DNA of 64,000 bases from Promethearchaeota archaeon (GTDB lineage: Archaea > Asgardarchaeota > Lokiarchaeia > Sigyniarchaeales > SOKP01), in NCBI GenBank assembly GCA_016839555.1, contig JAEOUA010000007.1, positions 224,001 through 288,000 on the forward strand. Direction: 5' to 3'. The translations under genes and the position numbers were made by a program. The notes below the pieces were generated by a model that had not been told where the DNA came from, ran no database searches, and worked only from the letters and a program-made list of their open reading frames with translations. Shown here one piece after another: positions 1 to 9,390 of the stretch; position 1 is the stretch's first letter, and each line of letters opens with the position of its first letter.

Positions 1-2
1 AA

Positions 3-803
3 ATTGCCTCATCTCAAAAGGGAAGATATGTTTCATTTCGTCATCCCATTAATTCGCATCCCAAATCTTTAGCTTTAGATGCTACAATACGATCTTATTT
101 AAAAAATACGTTGTATAATAAATCTGATATTAGTTTTCCAATTCGATTTGATAAATATGATCTACGAGATAAAATTTTTGAATATCGTGCTCCATTAGCT
201 CTCTTTTTTGTTTTAGATTGTTCAGCATCAATGTATTATGTTATCAAGCAAATGAAAGATGTAATTTTATCACTTCAACGAGAAGGATATAGAAAGAAAG
301 ATAAAATCAGTTTGATAGCATTTCGAGGAAAGCAAGCGGTGGTTCTGCAAAAACCAACAGTATCGTTTCGCAAGGCAATTCATAAATTAAACAATTTAGA
401 AGGAAGGAGCTACACTCCCATGGCGAGTGGTTTAGAAAAGTGTAAAGAATTAATAAAAATTGAGAAATTAAAAAATAGGAACATTATTCCAGTCATCTTT
501 ATATGCTCCGATTGTGGAGCCAATATCTCTCACAAGCATCCCGATTTAATTGCTCAGATTGAAAGCGATTATGCTTTAATTGTCGAAGAACTAAAGGAGT
601 TAACAAAATCATTATCACGTCGGGATATTCATATTATTGTTTTAGAGCCGAAAAAGAGCTATGCTACACGAGCTTTAGGTGTTCACCCTTATAGCGCTAA
701 TAAAATTAAAGAAAATTTCAAGAAATACGGAAACGCTGACATTTACAAATTTGACGAGTATCATCCCGAAAGTTTAATCCTAAAACTTAAGAAGATCTTA
801 TAA
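3..803 (+). CDS. VWA-domain protein, Mg/Co-chelatase subunit D (ChlD/BchD)-like C-terminal part; 5' truncated by window
   Basis: Frame is open from position 3 (IASSQKGRYVSF...ALDATIRSY), matching the GRY...ALDATIR region before chelatase-D VWA domains. MIDAS-like FVLDCSASM, LIAFRG, TPMASGL, SDCGAN. Confidence 0.75.
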   Translation: MASSQKGRYVSFRHPINSHPKSLALDATIRSYLKNTLYNKSDISFPIRFDKYDLRDKIFEYRAPLALFFVLDCSASMYYVIKQMKDVILSLQREGYRKKDKISLIAFRGKQAVVLQKPTVSFRKAIHKLNNLEGRSYTPMASGLEKCKELIKIEKLKNRNIIPVIFICSDCGANISHKHPDLIAQIESDYALIVEELKELTKSLSRRDIHIIVLEPKKSYATRALGVHPYSANKIKENFKKYGNADIYKFDEYHPESLILKLKKIL

Positions 804-974
804 TCTATTAATAAATATCGCTTCTAATTCAATTAAGATTATTCTTTTAATATCCCGAGTACAAACATTAATAATTTTTAATTATTTTATTTATAATTTT
901 CTTAGACTTTAATTTTAGTCAAATTAATAATCAAGATATATCTATTTAAAAAAATTATAGGAAGATGATAATAA

Positions 975-1328
975 TTGGTGGATCGAAACCTTTTTGAGAA
1001 ATTTAAAGAAGCTAGCAAGCTAATACAAAAAGTGGAAATAGATAATGAAAAATTAACACTATTTTGGGCTAATAATAAAAAAGAAATTTTTTTTTTATCA
1101 GACCTAAGAAAAGTTGCATTAATTACTACGAATGAAGGACCATTTCAACCTGATATATTTTGGTTATTAATGTTTAGAATACCTATTATGGTGCCGAGTG
1201 ATGAATTAATTCCAGGCTCTCTAAAAATTACCGATTATATATTAAATTTACCAAATTTTAATTATGATAAATATATTGCAGCCATTTCATCTACTGATAA
1301 TCAGGGTTTTGAATTGTGGGAAAAATGA
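975..1328 (+). CDS. Hypothetical protein (small, possibly PH-like beta fold)
   Basis: 117-aa ORF between two + strand genes; TTNEGPFQPDIFWLL segment; no function recognised. Confidence 0.55.
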   Translation: MVDRNLFEKFKEASKLIQKVEIDNEKLTLFWANNKKEIFFLSDLRKVALITTNEGPFQPDIFWLLMFRIPIMVPSDELIPGSLKITDYILNLPNFNYDKYIAAISSTDNQGFELWEK

Positions 1329-1405
1329 TAAAAAGTTTTAATTTAAACTAAGTGTTTATCAAAAATATTTTGAAATTTTTATAATATAGATATTTAATTG
1401 ATCAA

Positions 1406-2647
1406 ATGGATAAAAATAAAATATTAGTAATTGGTTTTAATTCAAGACCTTTAGTCTATTCTCTCTATCAAGCAGGATATAATGTATATACGGTGGATTT
1501 CTTCGGAGATTTGGATTTATACCCTTATGTTGAAGATTGTATAATACTTATTGATGAATTGAAGAAGAATTATAAGGATATTAAAGAGAACTATAAAACC
1601 TATTTAGCAAAGTTTGCTATAAAACTATTTGATAGATATTCCCACATTAAATATTTATTAATTGGAAGTGGGTTAGATGATGCATTTAATGAAAGAAAAA
1701 TGATTTTAAAAAAAATTGAACAAATCAAACCTATTATAAATCTTAATAACGACATACAAACAATCCGAAAAGCGAGAAATATTTTTAAAATTTATCAGTA
1801 CTTAAAGGATCAAGAATTTCCTACTCCATTAACTGTGAAATTAAATAAGATTAAATTAAAAAACCTACCATTAGAGTATCCTTTTATTTTAAAGAAATTA
1901 ACAAGTTCTGGAGGTACTAATGTGTATAAAATTAAAAATCAGAATGAGTTTAATTCTAGCTATAAGCATATCAAAGATGACCATGAACAAAAAAAATGGA
2001 TTATGCAAGAATTTATCGAAGGAATCCCCGCTAGTTGTACTATTATATCTAATGGATTTGACGCAGAAGTTATTTCCGTTAATCTTCAAATTATCGGAAT
2101 GGACAAGTTAAACCCCCCAGGAGAATTTATATATTGTGGTAATATTGTTCCATCAAATTTATCGAAAGCAGACAAGAGAAAAATAATGAAACTTTCTTTA
2201 TATTTAACAAAAACCTTAAAATTAAAAGGAATCAATGGTTTTGATTTTGTACTCAGAAATCATCAACCTTTTCTAATGGAAATTAACCCTCGAATTCCTG
2301 GCTCAATTAGAGCTTCTGAAGAATCATTAGGATTGAATTTATTAAAATTACATATAGACAGTTTTCATCTTGATAAGTGGGAATATATCAAGGAATTAAT
2401 TCAATCTGCAAAACAAACTAAAAATACCTGGTGTACAAAATTAATTTTTTTTGCTCCAAAAGATATAGGAACAGAAATTATTAAAGAAATAAACAAGATA
2501 TCCTGCATTCACGATAAATCAAAGCCAGAAAATGATATAAAGAAAGGAGAGCCGGTATGTACTATTCTTTATCAAAATGTAGAATGTGAGGCTTCTTTTT
2601 ATGGAGCTTTAAAAATTGTAGAGGAAATTTATGAATTAATCAAATAA
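1406..2647 (+). CDS. ATP-grasp domain carboligase (archaeal COG2232-like)
   Basis: N-terminal VDFFGDLD, PFILKK..SSGG, MQEFIEG, YCGN, GINGFDF, MEINPRIPG motifs. Confidence 0.8.
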   Translation: MDKNKILVIGFNSRPLVYSLYQAGYNVYTVDFFGDLDLYPYVEDCIILIDELKKNYKDIKENYKTYLAKFAIKLFDRYSHIKYLLIGSGLDDAFNERKMILKKIEQIKPIINLNNDIQTIRKARNIFKIYQYLKDQEFPTPLTVKLNKIKLKNLPLEYPFILKKLTSSGGTNVYKIKNQNEFNSSYKHIKDDHEQKKWIMQEFIEGIPASCTIISNGFDAEVISVNLQIIGMDKLNPPGEFIYCGNIVPSNLSKADKRKIMKLSLYLTKTLKLKGINGFDFVLRNHQPFLMEINPRIPGSIRASEESLGLNLLKLHIDSFHLDKWEYIKELIQSAKQTKNTWCTKLIFFAPKDIGTEIIKEINKISCIHDKSKPENDIKKGEPVCTILYQNVECEASFYGALKIVEEIYELIK

Positions 2648-2685
2648 ATACTATATATAACTTATTAAAAAAGCTATTTGATATT

Positions 2686-3444
2686 CTAAATTAGAGATTT
2701 GATTTTTGCTACATAACTTTTTATCTTAGTATCTTTTCCCTCAGGCACGGCAATACATAAGATACGAGACTCATCTAACTCATGTACAATTATAGATCCT
2801 AATGCACCTGAAATTATGCTATATTCATGAATTTCATTAAATAATAATACATTAAATAAAGAATTTATAGCAGAAAGCATAGCTGAAAGCATAGGCTCCG
2901 CCATTGTGGATTGGACTCTAATTGGTATCCCATCTTTAGTAATAATTGCGATTATTAATGCATTTGGTATTGCTAGTTTTAATTTTACAAAAATTTCCTC
3001 TTTTAAGATATCTGAAGTTTCAACCATTGCAGAAATTTTGAGCGAAAATGCTCTTAAATTTGAACTGTACTTATTTATTCCTTCTAATTCTGCCAATTCA
3101 CGATTTAGATAAGCAATTAATGTAATATATTCTGTTAAAATAGATATAATAATCTTGTTTTTTCCTACAACTAAATCATAGGAAATATCTTGGTTTAGTG
3201 AATTCTTGAGCAATTTTGATGATAAGAAGAGCATACTACTATTTGCAGCCGTAATTTCACCCCATTTCAAATCAACATCTTGTTTAACTTGACTTGCGAT
3301 TAATACTCCTTCATGAGTTCCACAAAAAATTCCAATTATCGCGTTATCATCTTCTAATTGTTTTTTAATTAACTCCTCTATTTCAATTTTCAATTTTTGC
3401 ATTTTGCTATTTCCTTGACTCATGATAAATAAAAAAAAAATCAT
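2686..3444 (-). CDS. Tandem roadblock/LC7 domain protein
   Basis: Two roadblock-like units (IIGIFCGTHEGVLIAS...; IIAIITKDGIPIRVQS...MLSAMLSAI...IISGALGSIIVHELDESRILCIAV). True start may be the ATG at 3423. Confidence 0.7.
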   Translation of the reverse strand: MIFFLFIMSQGNSKMQKLKIEIEELIKKQLEDDNAIIGIFCGTHEGVLIASQVKQDVDLKWGEITAANSSMLFLSSKLLKNSLNQDISYDLVVGKNKIIISILTEYITLIAYLNRELAELEGINKYSSNLRAFSLKISAMVETSDILKEEIFVKLKLAIPNALIIAIITKDGIPIRVQSTMAEPMLSAMLSAINSLFNVLLFNEIHEYSIISGALGSIIVHELDESRILCIAVPEGKDTKIKSYVAKIKSLI

Positions 3445-3594
3445 CTTTTTATGCTTTTTGATAATAAATTTATTTTTTTATTAATAGGTCTCCTAGATAC
3501 CTATATAAATTTTTATAAACAAATTATAAATATTACCTCGGTATATAATATTAAATAACGATTTCAATTTTTTAATTAATTAATTTATTAGAAG

Positions 3595-4392
3595 ATGGAA
3601 GAAGAAATAAGAAGAGAATTCTCAGAGATAAAGAAAGAGATATTAAGTTTAAAAGACTCGCTGAGATTAAAAGAGGAACAAATCCAAACACTGAAAGAAT
3701 CTTTAAAATACAAAGACAAAAAGATAGAAGATCTTGAAGAATCTTTAAAAGATAAAGATTTTGAAAGAAAAGAATTAATACAACAAATGAAACAGAAGCA
3801 ACTAAAAATAGAGAAATTAAAGCAAACGCTTAATAATCAAGTCTCTTTGGCAGAAAAAGATAAAAAAATTAGTGAACTTCAAAATATTATTAATCAATTA
3901 AATGAAAAATTGGAAAAAACTGAAGAAATCCTCGAGAACAAGGAATCAGAGGGGATTTTTTCTAAAGGAGAGATTATTGATTTTACTAATCTTGAGACGA
4001 ATTATCAAAAGATTTTAAATAAAATGAATGAAATCTTAATTAATACTTTACATAGCGTAAATATTATTGTTCCATGTATCACTGATCTAGAAAAGTTATC
4101 CCTTTATGATATAAAATCAAATATTATGGTAAAAATTTCATGTTTAATTGATCCTAATATAAAAGAACATGCAGAATTATTTGATGAGTATCAATTTAGT
4201 GAGAATATATCTATTAGGAATTATGAGAGAGAAGATAAATTTATTATTTTAAGAGATAATGAAGAATTATTATTTTCTATTATTGGAAATGAGGAAAATA
4301 ATCCATTAACATTTTATACTCGTGATACTGAGCATATAAAAGCCCTTACGCCAATGGTTATGGATATATGGCTCCGTTCTAAAAAAATTTAA
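3595..4392 (+). CDS. Coiled-coil protein with C-terminal TrmB/PLD-like domain
   Basis: About 120 aa of heptad-rich E/K/L sequence, then ..LHSVNIIVP..ISIRNY..FIILRDNEELLF..WLRSKKI, resembling the TrmB effector-type fold. Confidence 0.55.
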   Translation: MEEEIRREFSEIKKEILSLKDSLRLKEEQIQTLKESLKYKDKKIEDLEESLKDKDFERKELIQQMKQKQLKIEKLKQTLNNQVSLAEKDKKISELQNIINQLNEKLEKTEEILENKESEGIFSKGEIIDFTNLETNYQKILNKMNEILINTLHSVNIIVPCITDLEKLSLYDIKSNIMVKISCLIDPNIKEHAELFDEYQFSENISIRNYEREDKFIILRDNEELLFSIIGNEENNPLTFYTRDTEHIKALTPMVMDIWLRSKKI

Positions 4393-4408
4393 AAAATATT
4401 TTCTAATT

Positions 4409-5257
4409 TTATTCTATATCCACGTAGCTCCTCTTTCTATTTTTAAAATGAGCAAGCTTTGTAAATCCTATATCCTTTAATATTTTTATCATAAAACCAA
4501 ATTTATACGCTATTTCATTTGGACTATGAGCATCTGAACTAAGAAGCACTGGGATATCCAATTCATAAATCTTTTTTATAATTTCGATACTAGGATATTG
4601 TTCTTTTACATCTTTTCTAAATCCACTAGTATTGATTTCGATTACTAAATTCCTTTGCTTAATATAATTTAAAACTTCTAAAACCTTATCCATAATCTTA
4701 TTAGGATTTTCAGGAAATTTATTAAACTTCTTCGGGAGATCTAAATGTGAGATTATATCAAAATCAAATTCTTTTGTATTTACCATCTCAATGATTGAAT
4801 TATAATAATGAATATACACTTCATCAACATTTGCATATTGATTAAATTTATCTAAAAATCTACTATCGTCGAAACACCATGGACCTTTTTCTGTAAAAAG
4901 GATATGAATAGAGCCTAAAATATAATCTAATTGAGTTTTCACATTATCAAGAATTGTATTTAATTTGTTTACCTGTTTTGGGATGTAATCGATTTCAAAT
5001 GCACTTCTTATATTAATTTTTTTTTTATATTTTTTTTTTAACTTTTGAATAATCGATAAATATCCACTCATTTCCTCTATTTTCATACCATATTCTTCAT
5101 AGGGAATTCCTTCTAAACCATCATAGAATTCATATGGAAAATGATCGCTAATTCCGATTGTATCGATTCTTTTTTTAATTGCATAATTAATATAATCTTC
5201 TATATTTCCTTTAGCGTGTTTACAGAGTTGATTGTGGGTATGAAAGTCCTCGATCAC
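4409..5257 (-). CDS. hisK: Histidinol-phosphatase, PHP family (HisJ/HisK type)
   Basis: DFHTHNQLCKHA, GISDH, EIDY, DYILGSIH, SHLDLPKKF, EINTSG, SSDAHSP motifs; GTG start. Confidence 0.85.
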   Translation of the reverse strand: MIEDFHTHNQLCKHAKGNIEDYINYAIKKRIDTIGISDHFPYEFYDGLEGIPYEEYGMKIEEMSGYLSIIQKLKKKYKKKINIRSAFEIDYIPKQVNKLNTILDNVKTQLDYILGSIHILFTEKGPWCFDDSRFLDKFNQYANVDEVYIHYYNSIIEMVNTKEFDFDIISHLDLPKKFNKFPENPNKIMDKVLEVLNYIKQRNLVIEINTSGFRKDVKEQYPSIEIIKKIYELDIPVLLSSDAHSPNEIAYKFGFMIKILKDIGFTKLAHFKNRKRSYVDIE

Positions 5258-5593
5258 GTTTAAATTAATTAATAAAATAAGTTAAAATTTTTCCCATTAT
5301 TTTACAAGTAAGGAATATAAACTATTTTTTTGAAGATTTATAATCTAATATTAAAAGTTTCAATCTATATATAGCTCCTAATAAATAAAACAATTAATTT
5401 AAGAACTTAAATAAATTGAGAGATAATTAAAATTTTATAAGTTATAATTTCCAATAATTTTAAAGAGAAGAATATATTTATCCTTACTATTATTGTATAT
5501 AATAAGAATATTTAAGATTAAGAAGTTCGAAATTTTTTTATAGTTAATTAACTTACATTTTTTAAAAAAATTCAATATTTAAGGTATGTCAAT

Positions 5594-6142
5594 ATGAAAA
5601 AAAAAAACCTAAGTCTGCTTCTCCTATTTGTCGTAATTGTCTATGCTATTTCCATAATAATAAGTCTATTAATATACTTATACTTTCAAGATTTTATTGA
5701 AGTCTATCTTTCATTAATTCCATTTATAGTTGCCATACCCGCAGCGTTATTATCTAGAGGATTTCAAAAACGTGCTAGTTATATTAAATCGCTTCAAGAA
5801 ATTTGGCCCTCCTTAGTAAAAACAGGCAGAAAAGCTATAGAATATCCCTACATCAAAAATCCTACTGCTGATCATTTTCGTGATGTTATGCTATTATTAG
5901 CTGTCTCTATAGATCATCTTCGAATGTTGTTTAAAAATGTCGCGGGGTTTTATCCCGTAGAAAGTTTAAAAACAATTTATGAGGAATTCGATAAAATTAG
6001 AGATACTTATCAATTTAAAAATCCTGATAAAGCTCGTAATAGAATTTCAGCATTATGGCATCAAGCACGAGATGCAATACTCGTAGAGTTTGATAGGGTT
6101 ATTCCAACTAGATACATTGCCCCAGAATTAGAAATAGATTAA
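5594..6142 (+). CDS. Hypothetical membrane protein (2 N-terminal TM helices)
   Basis: Two hydrophobic segments followed by a helical soluble region. Confidence 0.6.
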   Translation: MKKKNLSLLLLFVVIVYAISIIISLLIYLYFQDFIEVYLSLIPFIVAIPAALLSRGFQKRASYIKSLQEIWPSLVKTGRKAIEYPYIKNPTADHFRDVMLLLAVSIDHLRMLFKNVAGFYPVESLKTIYEEFDKIRDTYQFKNPDKARNRISALWHQARDAILVEFDRVIPTRYIAPELEID

Positions 6143-6269
6143 AATATTTATTCAAATTAAATTTATTTTTTTATTTTTTTAGTTGTTCAAGTTATTGAAA
6201 AATCTTATTGATTTTTAGCAAATACTTTAATTTAAAAAATAATTTAGGTTAAATTATAAAAAAAAAAAA

Positions 6270-7109
6270 ATGAACAGAAACGAATTTAAAAAGATATATG
6301 ATGGTCCATATGAAGTTTCTGCTATAGAAATCGATAATGAAGATCAAATTTTTAAAGGACTGGTTTATTTTCCCCCAGAAGAATATATTAAGCCTTGTCC
6401 TGTAATATTGTATTTTCACGAATTTCCTCAATTATTTGCTTTACAAGAAATTGTAAAAAGATATAAATATTTATTAGATTTAGGTTATGCTTTTATTTGT
6501 GTTAATTTTAGAGGATTCAGATATAGTGAGGGAACAATTTCGATTGCTTCACAAGTTTCAGACGGAATGAAACTACTTGAATTCGCTAAAAGGATGGCTG
6601 AAAAAAATAAATTTATCTTAGAAAATATTAATATTTTAGCTTATGATTTAGGAGCTTATATTGCGTTATTAGTTTGCTCTAAATCACCCTTTATAAATAA
6701 ATTATTATTATTATCTCCCATTTTAGATTTAAGAAAGCATGTAGAGAATAAGGAATTTGAAAATATTTTAAAATATATAAATAAATTTTTACCGGGTAAT
6801 ATTCGAGGAATTGAAAATCCTATAGAATTCATACAAATGACTAGAGAAGAGCTTTCGATGAAGCAATATCAAATTAAAAACGCAATTAAAGATTTAAAGA
6901 TTAATAAATTGAAAATTATAATTGGACAAAATGATAAAATCACGCCTATTTTCGAATTAGAACTTTTAAATATAAATATTCAATCAAATATAATTATGAA
7001 AACAAGTATTATTAACTCTATGGATCATGATCCAGTTGAGGATAAAGAAATGGAACAAATTAAGAAAGAAATAATTAAATTTTTTAAAGAATCAAGAAAT
7101 AATAGATAA
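6270..7109 (+). CDS. Alpha/beta-hydrolase fold protein with atypical nucleophile elbow
   Basis: FHEFP (HG-like), NFRGFRYSEG, AYDLGA elbow, GQNDKITP acid, MDH histidine. Confidence 0.75.
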   Translation: MNRNEFKKIYDGPYEVSAIEIDNEDQIFKGLVYFPPEEYIKPCPVILYFHEFPQLFALQEIVKRYKYLLDLGYAFICVNFRGFRYSEGTISIASQVSDGMKLLEFAKRMAEKNKFILENINILAYDLGAYIALLVCSKSPFINKLLLLSPILDLRKHVENKEFENILKYINKFLPGNIRGIENPIEFIQMTREELSMKQYQIKNAIKDLKINKLKIIIGQNDKITPIFELELLNINIQSNIIMKTSIINSMDHDPVEDKEMEQIKKEIIKFFKESRNNR

Positions 7110-7186
7110 TTTATATTAAATAATTAATCAAAAAGTATAACTTTCATATTTAAAAATAATATATAAAGAGATTGTTTGTTTTCCCA

Positions 7187-8683
7187 TCACAATTGATTTA
7201 GGAGAGTAATTAAAAAATTCCAAAACTTTTCTACACTTGGCACATTCAATTTTTCATCTGGCGAATGGCATGCTAATATAGTTGGCCCTATGGTAATCAT
7301 TTGTAAATCTGGAGCCTTAACTTTAAAAGCACCACATTCCAGACCTGCATGCATAGCTTTTATTTGTGGTTCTTCATTATTTATCTCTTTATATACTTTT
7401 TTTGCTATAGAAAGCAATTTTTCATTAAAATTTGGTTCCCAGACCCCATAACCTCCAACATTTTTAATTTTGACATTTAACTCCGGCAAATCCAAAAGAG
7501 CAGAAACTTTTTCAGCTGTTTGAGAATTACATTGTAAATTAAAACTTCGATGGAGCATCTCTATTTTTAGTTTACTCTTTTTTGTATTGATTGATGCTAA
7601 ATTGGTAGAGGTATATATTAAATCTTCTAAATTAGGATGTCTTGAAATAGGTCCGTGAGGGAGAAGATATAATACATTTAATATTTTAATTTGAAGATCG
7701 TTAGTTATAACCATGTTAGATATCTCACTTTTATTTAACTTTTCCGATTTTATTTTAATTTGGCTCTCTACGCCATTATATTCAGTATTTAAATCATCTT
7801 GTACTATTTTTAATAAACTAACAATTTCAGAAAATTCTTCCTTTTGTATATACAGAATTGCAAAAGCTTCTCTCGGGATTGCATTAAAACTTTTTCCTCC
7901 TGAAATAGATTCTAAATAAACATCAAAATTTTTATTGATAGCTCTTAAAATTCTTGCTAATAATTTAATAGCATTTGCCCTCCCTTTATCGATATCTAAA
8001 CCTGAATGCCCCCCTAATAACCCTTTAATGGAGATTTTTATAGGAAGTAAATTGGTAGTTAATTCATCAATAGGTATTCTTTTAACTCGTATTTGAATAG
8101 TTGAGTACATACCTCCTACACTGCCAATTACTATGGTTTCAGCGTCCATACAATCAAGATTTATTAAATAATTCACATCGAGTATATCTGGAGATACTTG
8201 GAATGCCCCGATTAACCCTTCTTCTTCATTTACTGTGAATAAAAGTGTTATAGCTAAATTTTGGAGATTCAGCTTATTCTGATAAATTAATTTCATTAAG
8301 GCTAAAGAATATGCCAATCCTACCCCATTATCAGCTCCTAAAGTGGTGCCCTCTGCTGTAATCCATTCTTGTCCATTTACTTCAATCTCTTTTAATTTCA
8401 AAGGATCTTTAGTAAAATCATGTACTATATTTGAACTTTTTTCACAGACCATGTCAAAATGACTCTGTAATATGATTTGAGTAGCGTTTTTAGTGTTTGA
8501 AGGTATTTTGACCAATAAATTACCCGCTTTATCAATTATTGTTTTAAAGCCAAATTTTTCCGCTTCCTTTTTGATATAAGCTCTTATTGGATCTTCGTTT
8601 CCAGAACATCGTGGAATTTCTGAAATCTTCTTAAAATACTCCCAAAATTCCTTTGGTTTGCTTAACTGATTAAAATCATTCAT
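7187..8683 (-). CDS. pepD: Aminoacyl-histidine (beta-Ala-His) dipeptidase, M20C
   Basis: IPRCSGNE, LQSHFDMVCEK, TTLGADNGVG, NEEEGLIGA, GGHSGLDI, NAIPRE, HAGLECG, HSPDE. Confidence 0.92.
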   Translation of the reverse strand: MNDFNQLSKPKEFWEYFKKISEIPRCSGNEDPIRAYIKKEAEKFGFKTIIDKAGNLLVKIPSNTKNATQIILQSHFDMVCEKSSNIVHDFTKDPLKLKEIEVNGQEWITAEGTTLGADNGVGLAYSLALMKLIYQNKLNLQNLAITLLFTVNEEEGLIGAFQVSPDILDVNYLINLDCMDAETIVIGSVGGMYSTIQIRVKRIPIDELTTNLLPIKISIKGLLGGHSGLDIDKGRANAIKLLARILRAINKNFDVYLESISGGKSFNAIPREAFAILYIQKEEFSEIVSLLKIVQDDLNTEYNGVESQIKIKSEKLNKSEISNMVITNDLQIKILNVLYLLPHGPISRHPNLEDLIYTSTNLASINTKKSKLKIEMLHRSFNLQCNSQTAEKVSALLDLPELNVKIKNVGGYGVWEPNFNEKLLSIAKKVYKEINNEEPQIKAMHAGLECGAFKVKAPDLQMITIGPTILACHSPDEKLNVPSVEKFWNFLITLLNQL

Positions 8684-8949
8684 ATATTACTTTTTGCCTC
8701 ATGTATTTGTATTTGATATTCCATATCTTTTCTTATTAATCAATATTGTAAATTATTCTTATAATTATCTTTACAACTTTTTTAATAAACTTATTTTATT
8801 CTAAGAATTATTATTTTTGAAATAGTATAAATACGTGTAAGATTGCTTTTGTGTTAAATTTGATAATTAAAAATTTCTGAGAAAAAGATTTTAAATAATA
8901 AGGTTACTAATAATAATATATTAATAATTTTTTTAAAGAGTGGGAAATA

Positions 8950-9270
8950 ATTAGCGAAGATAAAGAAATATGCGATTTATGTGGATTACCGAAAGAGCTA
9001 TGCATATGTTCTGATCTAAGCGCTGACGAACAAGAAGTTGTAATTTCGAACGAGACAAGAAAATGGGGAAAAGTGGTTACACTGATTTCATTCAAGGGAA
9101 AGATTGATGCAAATTTAGATGCACTCCTCACTAAAGCCAAGAAAAAACTTGGAGCAGGTGGAACAATACGCGGTTCAAATAAAATTGAGTTAAGAGGGGA
9201 TCACCGCTTTAGAATTAAAAAATTTCTAACAGAACAGGGCTACGACAAAAATAGGATCAGAATAGAATAA
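8950..9270 (+). CDS. sui1: Translation initiation factor aIF1 (SUI1/eIF1 family); probable non-canonical ATT (or ATA 8947) start
   Basis: The ORF-track frame extends upstream without a stop to encode SEDKEICDLCGLPKELCICSDL...ETRKWGKVVTLI, then LGAGGT and IELRGDHR. The in-frame stop is at 8914-8916. Confidence 0.9.
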   Translation: MSEDKEICDLCGLPKELCICSDLSADEQEVVISNETRKWGKVVTLISFKGKIDANLDALLTKAKKKLGAGGTIRGSNKIELRGDHRFRIKKFLTEQGYDKNRIRIE

Positions 9271-9305
9271 GAATCGAAATAATTAAATAATAAACTAATT
9301 ATTAA

Positions 9306-9337
9306 TTTCTTTTTTTCTTTTTTTTATATTTATTTTA
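9306..9337 (+). terminator. Oligo-T tract, likely archaeal terminator of the aIF1 gene
   Basis: T-rich runs about 35-65 nt after the stop. Similar tracts follow genes ending at 6142, 27642, 38972 and 56259. Confidence 0.45.
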
Positions 9338-9390
9338 AATTATAGAGAAGCTATTTTTTCTTGAAAATACTATTTTGATTAAAATAATGA

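Noticed and set aside
5016-5039. Two long T runs inside the histidinol-phosphatase gene as phase-variation sites
   Set aside because: They simply encode a Lys-rich helix and the frame is intact.
6258-6269. A12 run directly before a start codon (and A-rich contexts at other starts) as a special leader
   Set aside because: Homopolymers are frequent throughout this very AT-rich sequence; not distinguishable from background without statistics.
9073-9270. ORF-track 65-aa version of aIF1 starting at GTG 9073
   Set aside because: It would delete the conserved N-terminal Cys motif and first strand; homology clearly extends upstream.
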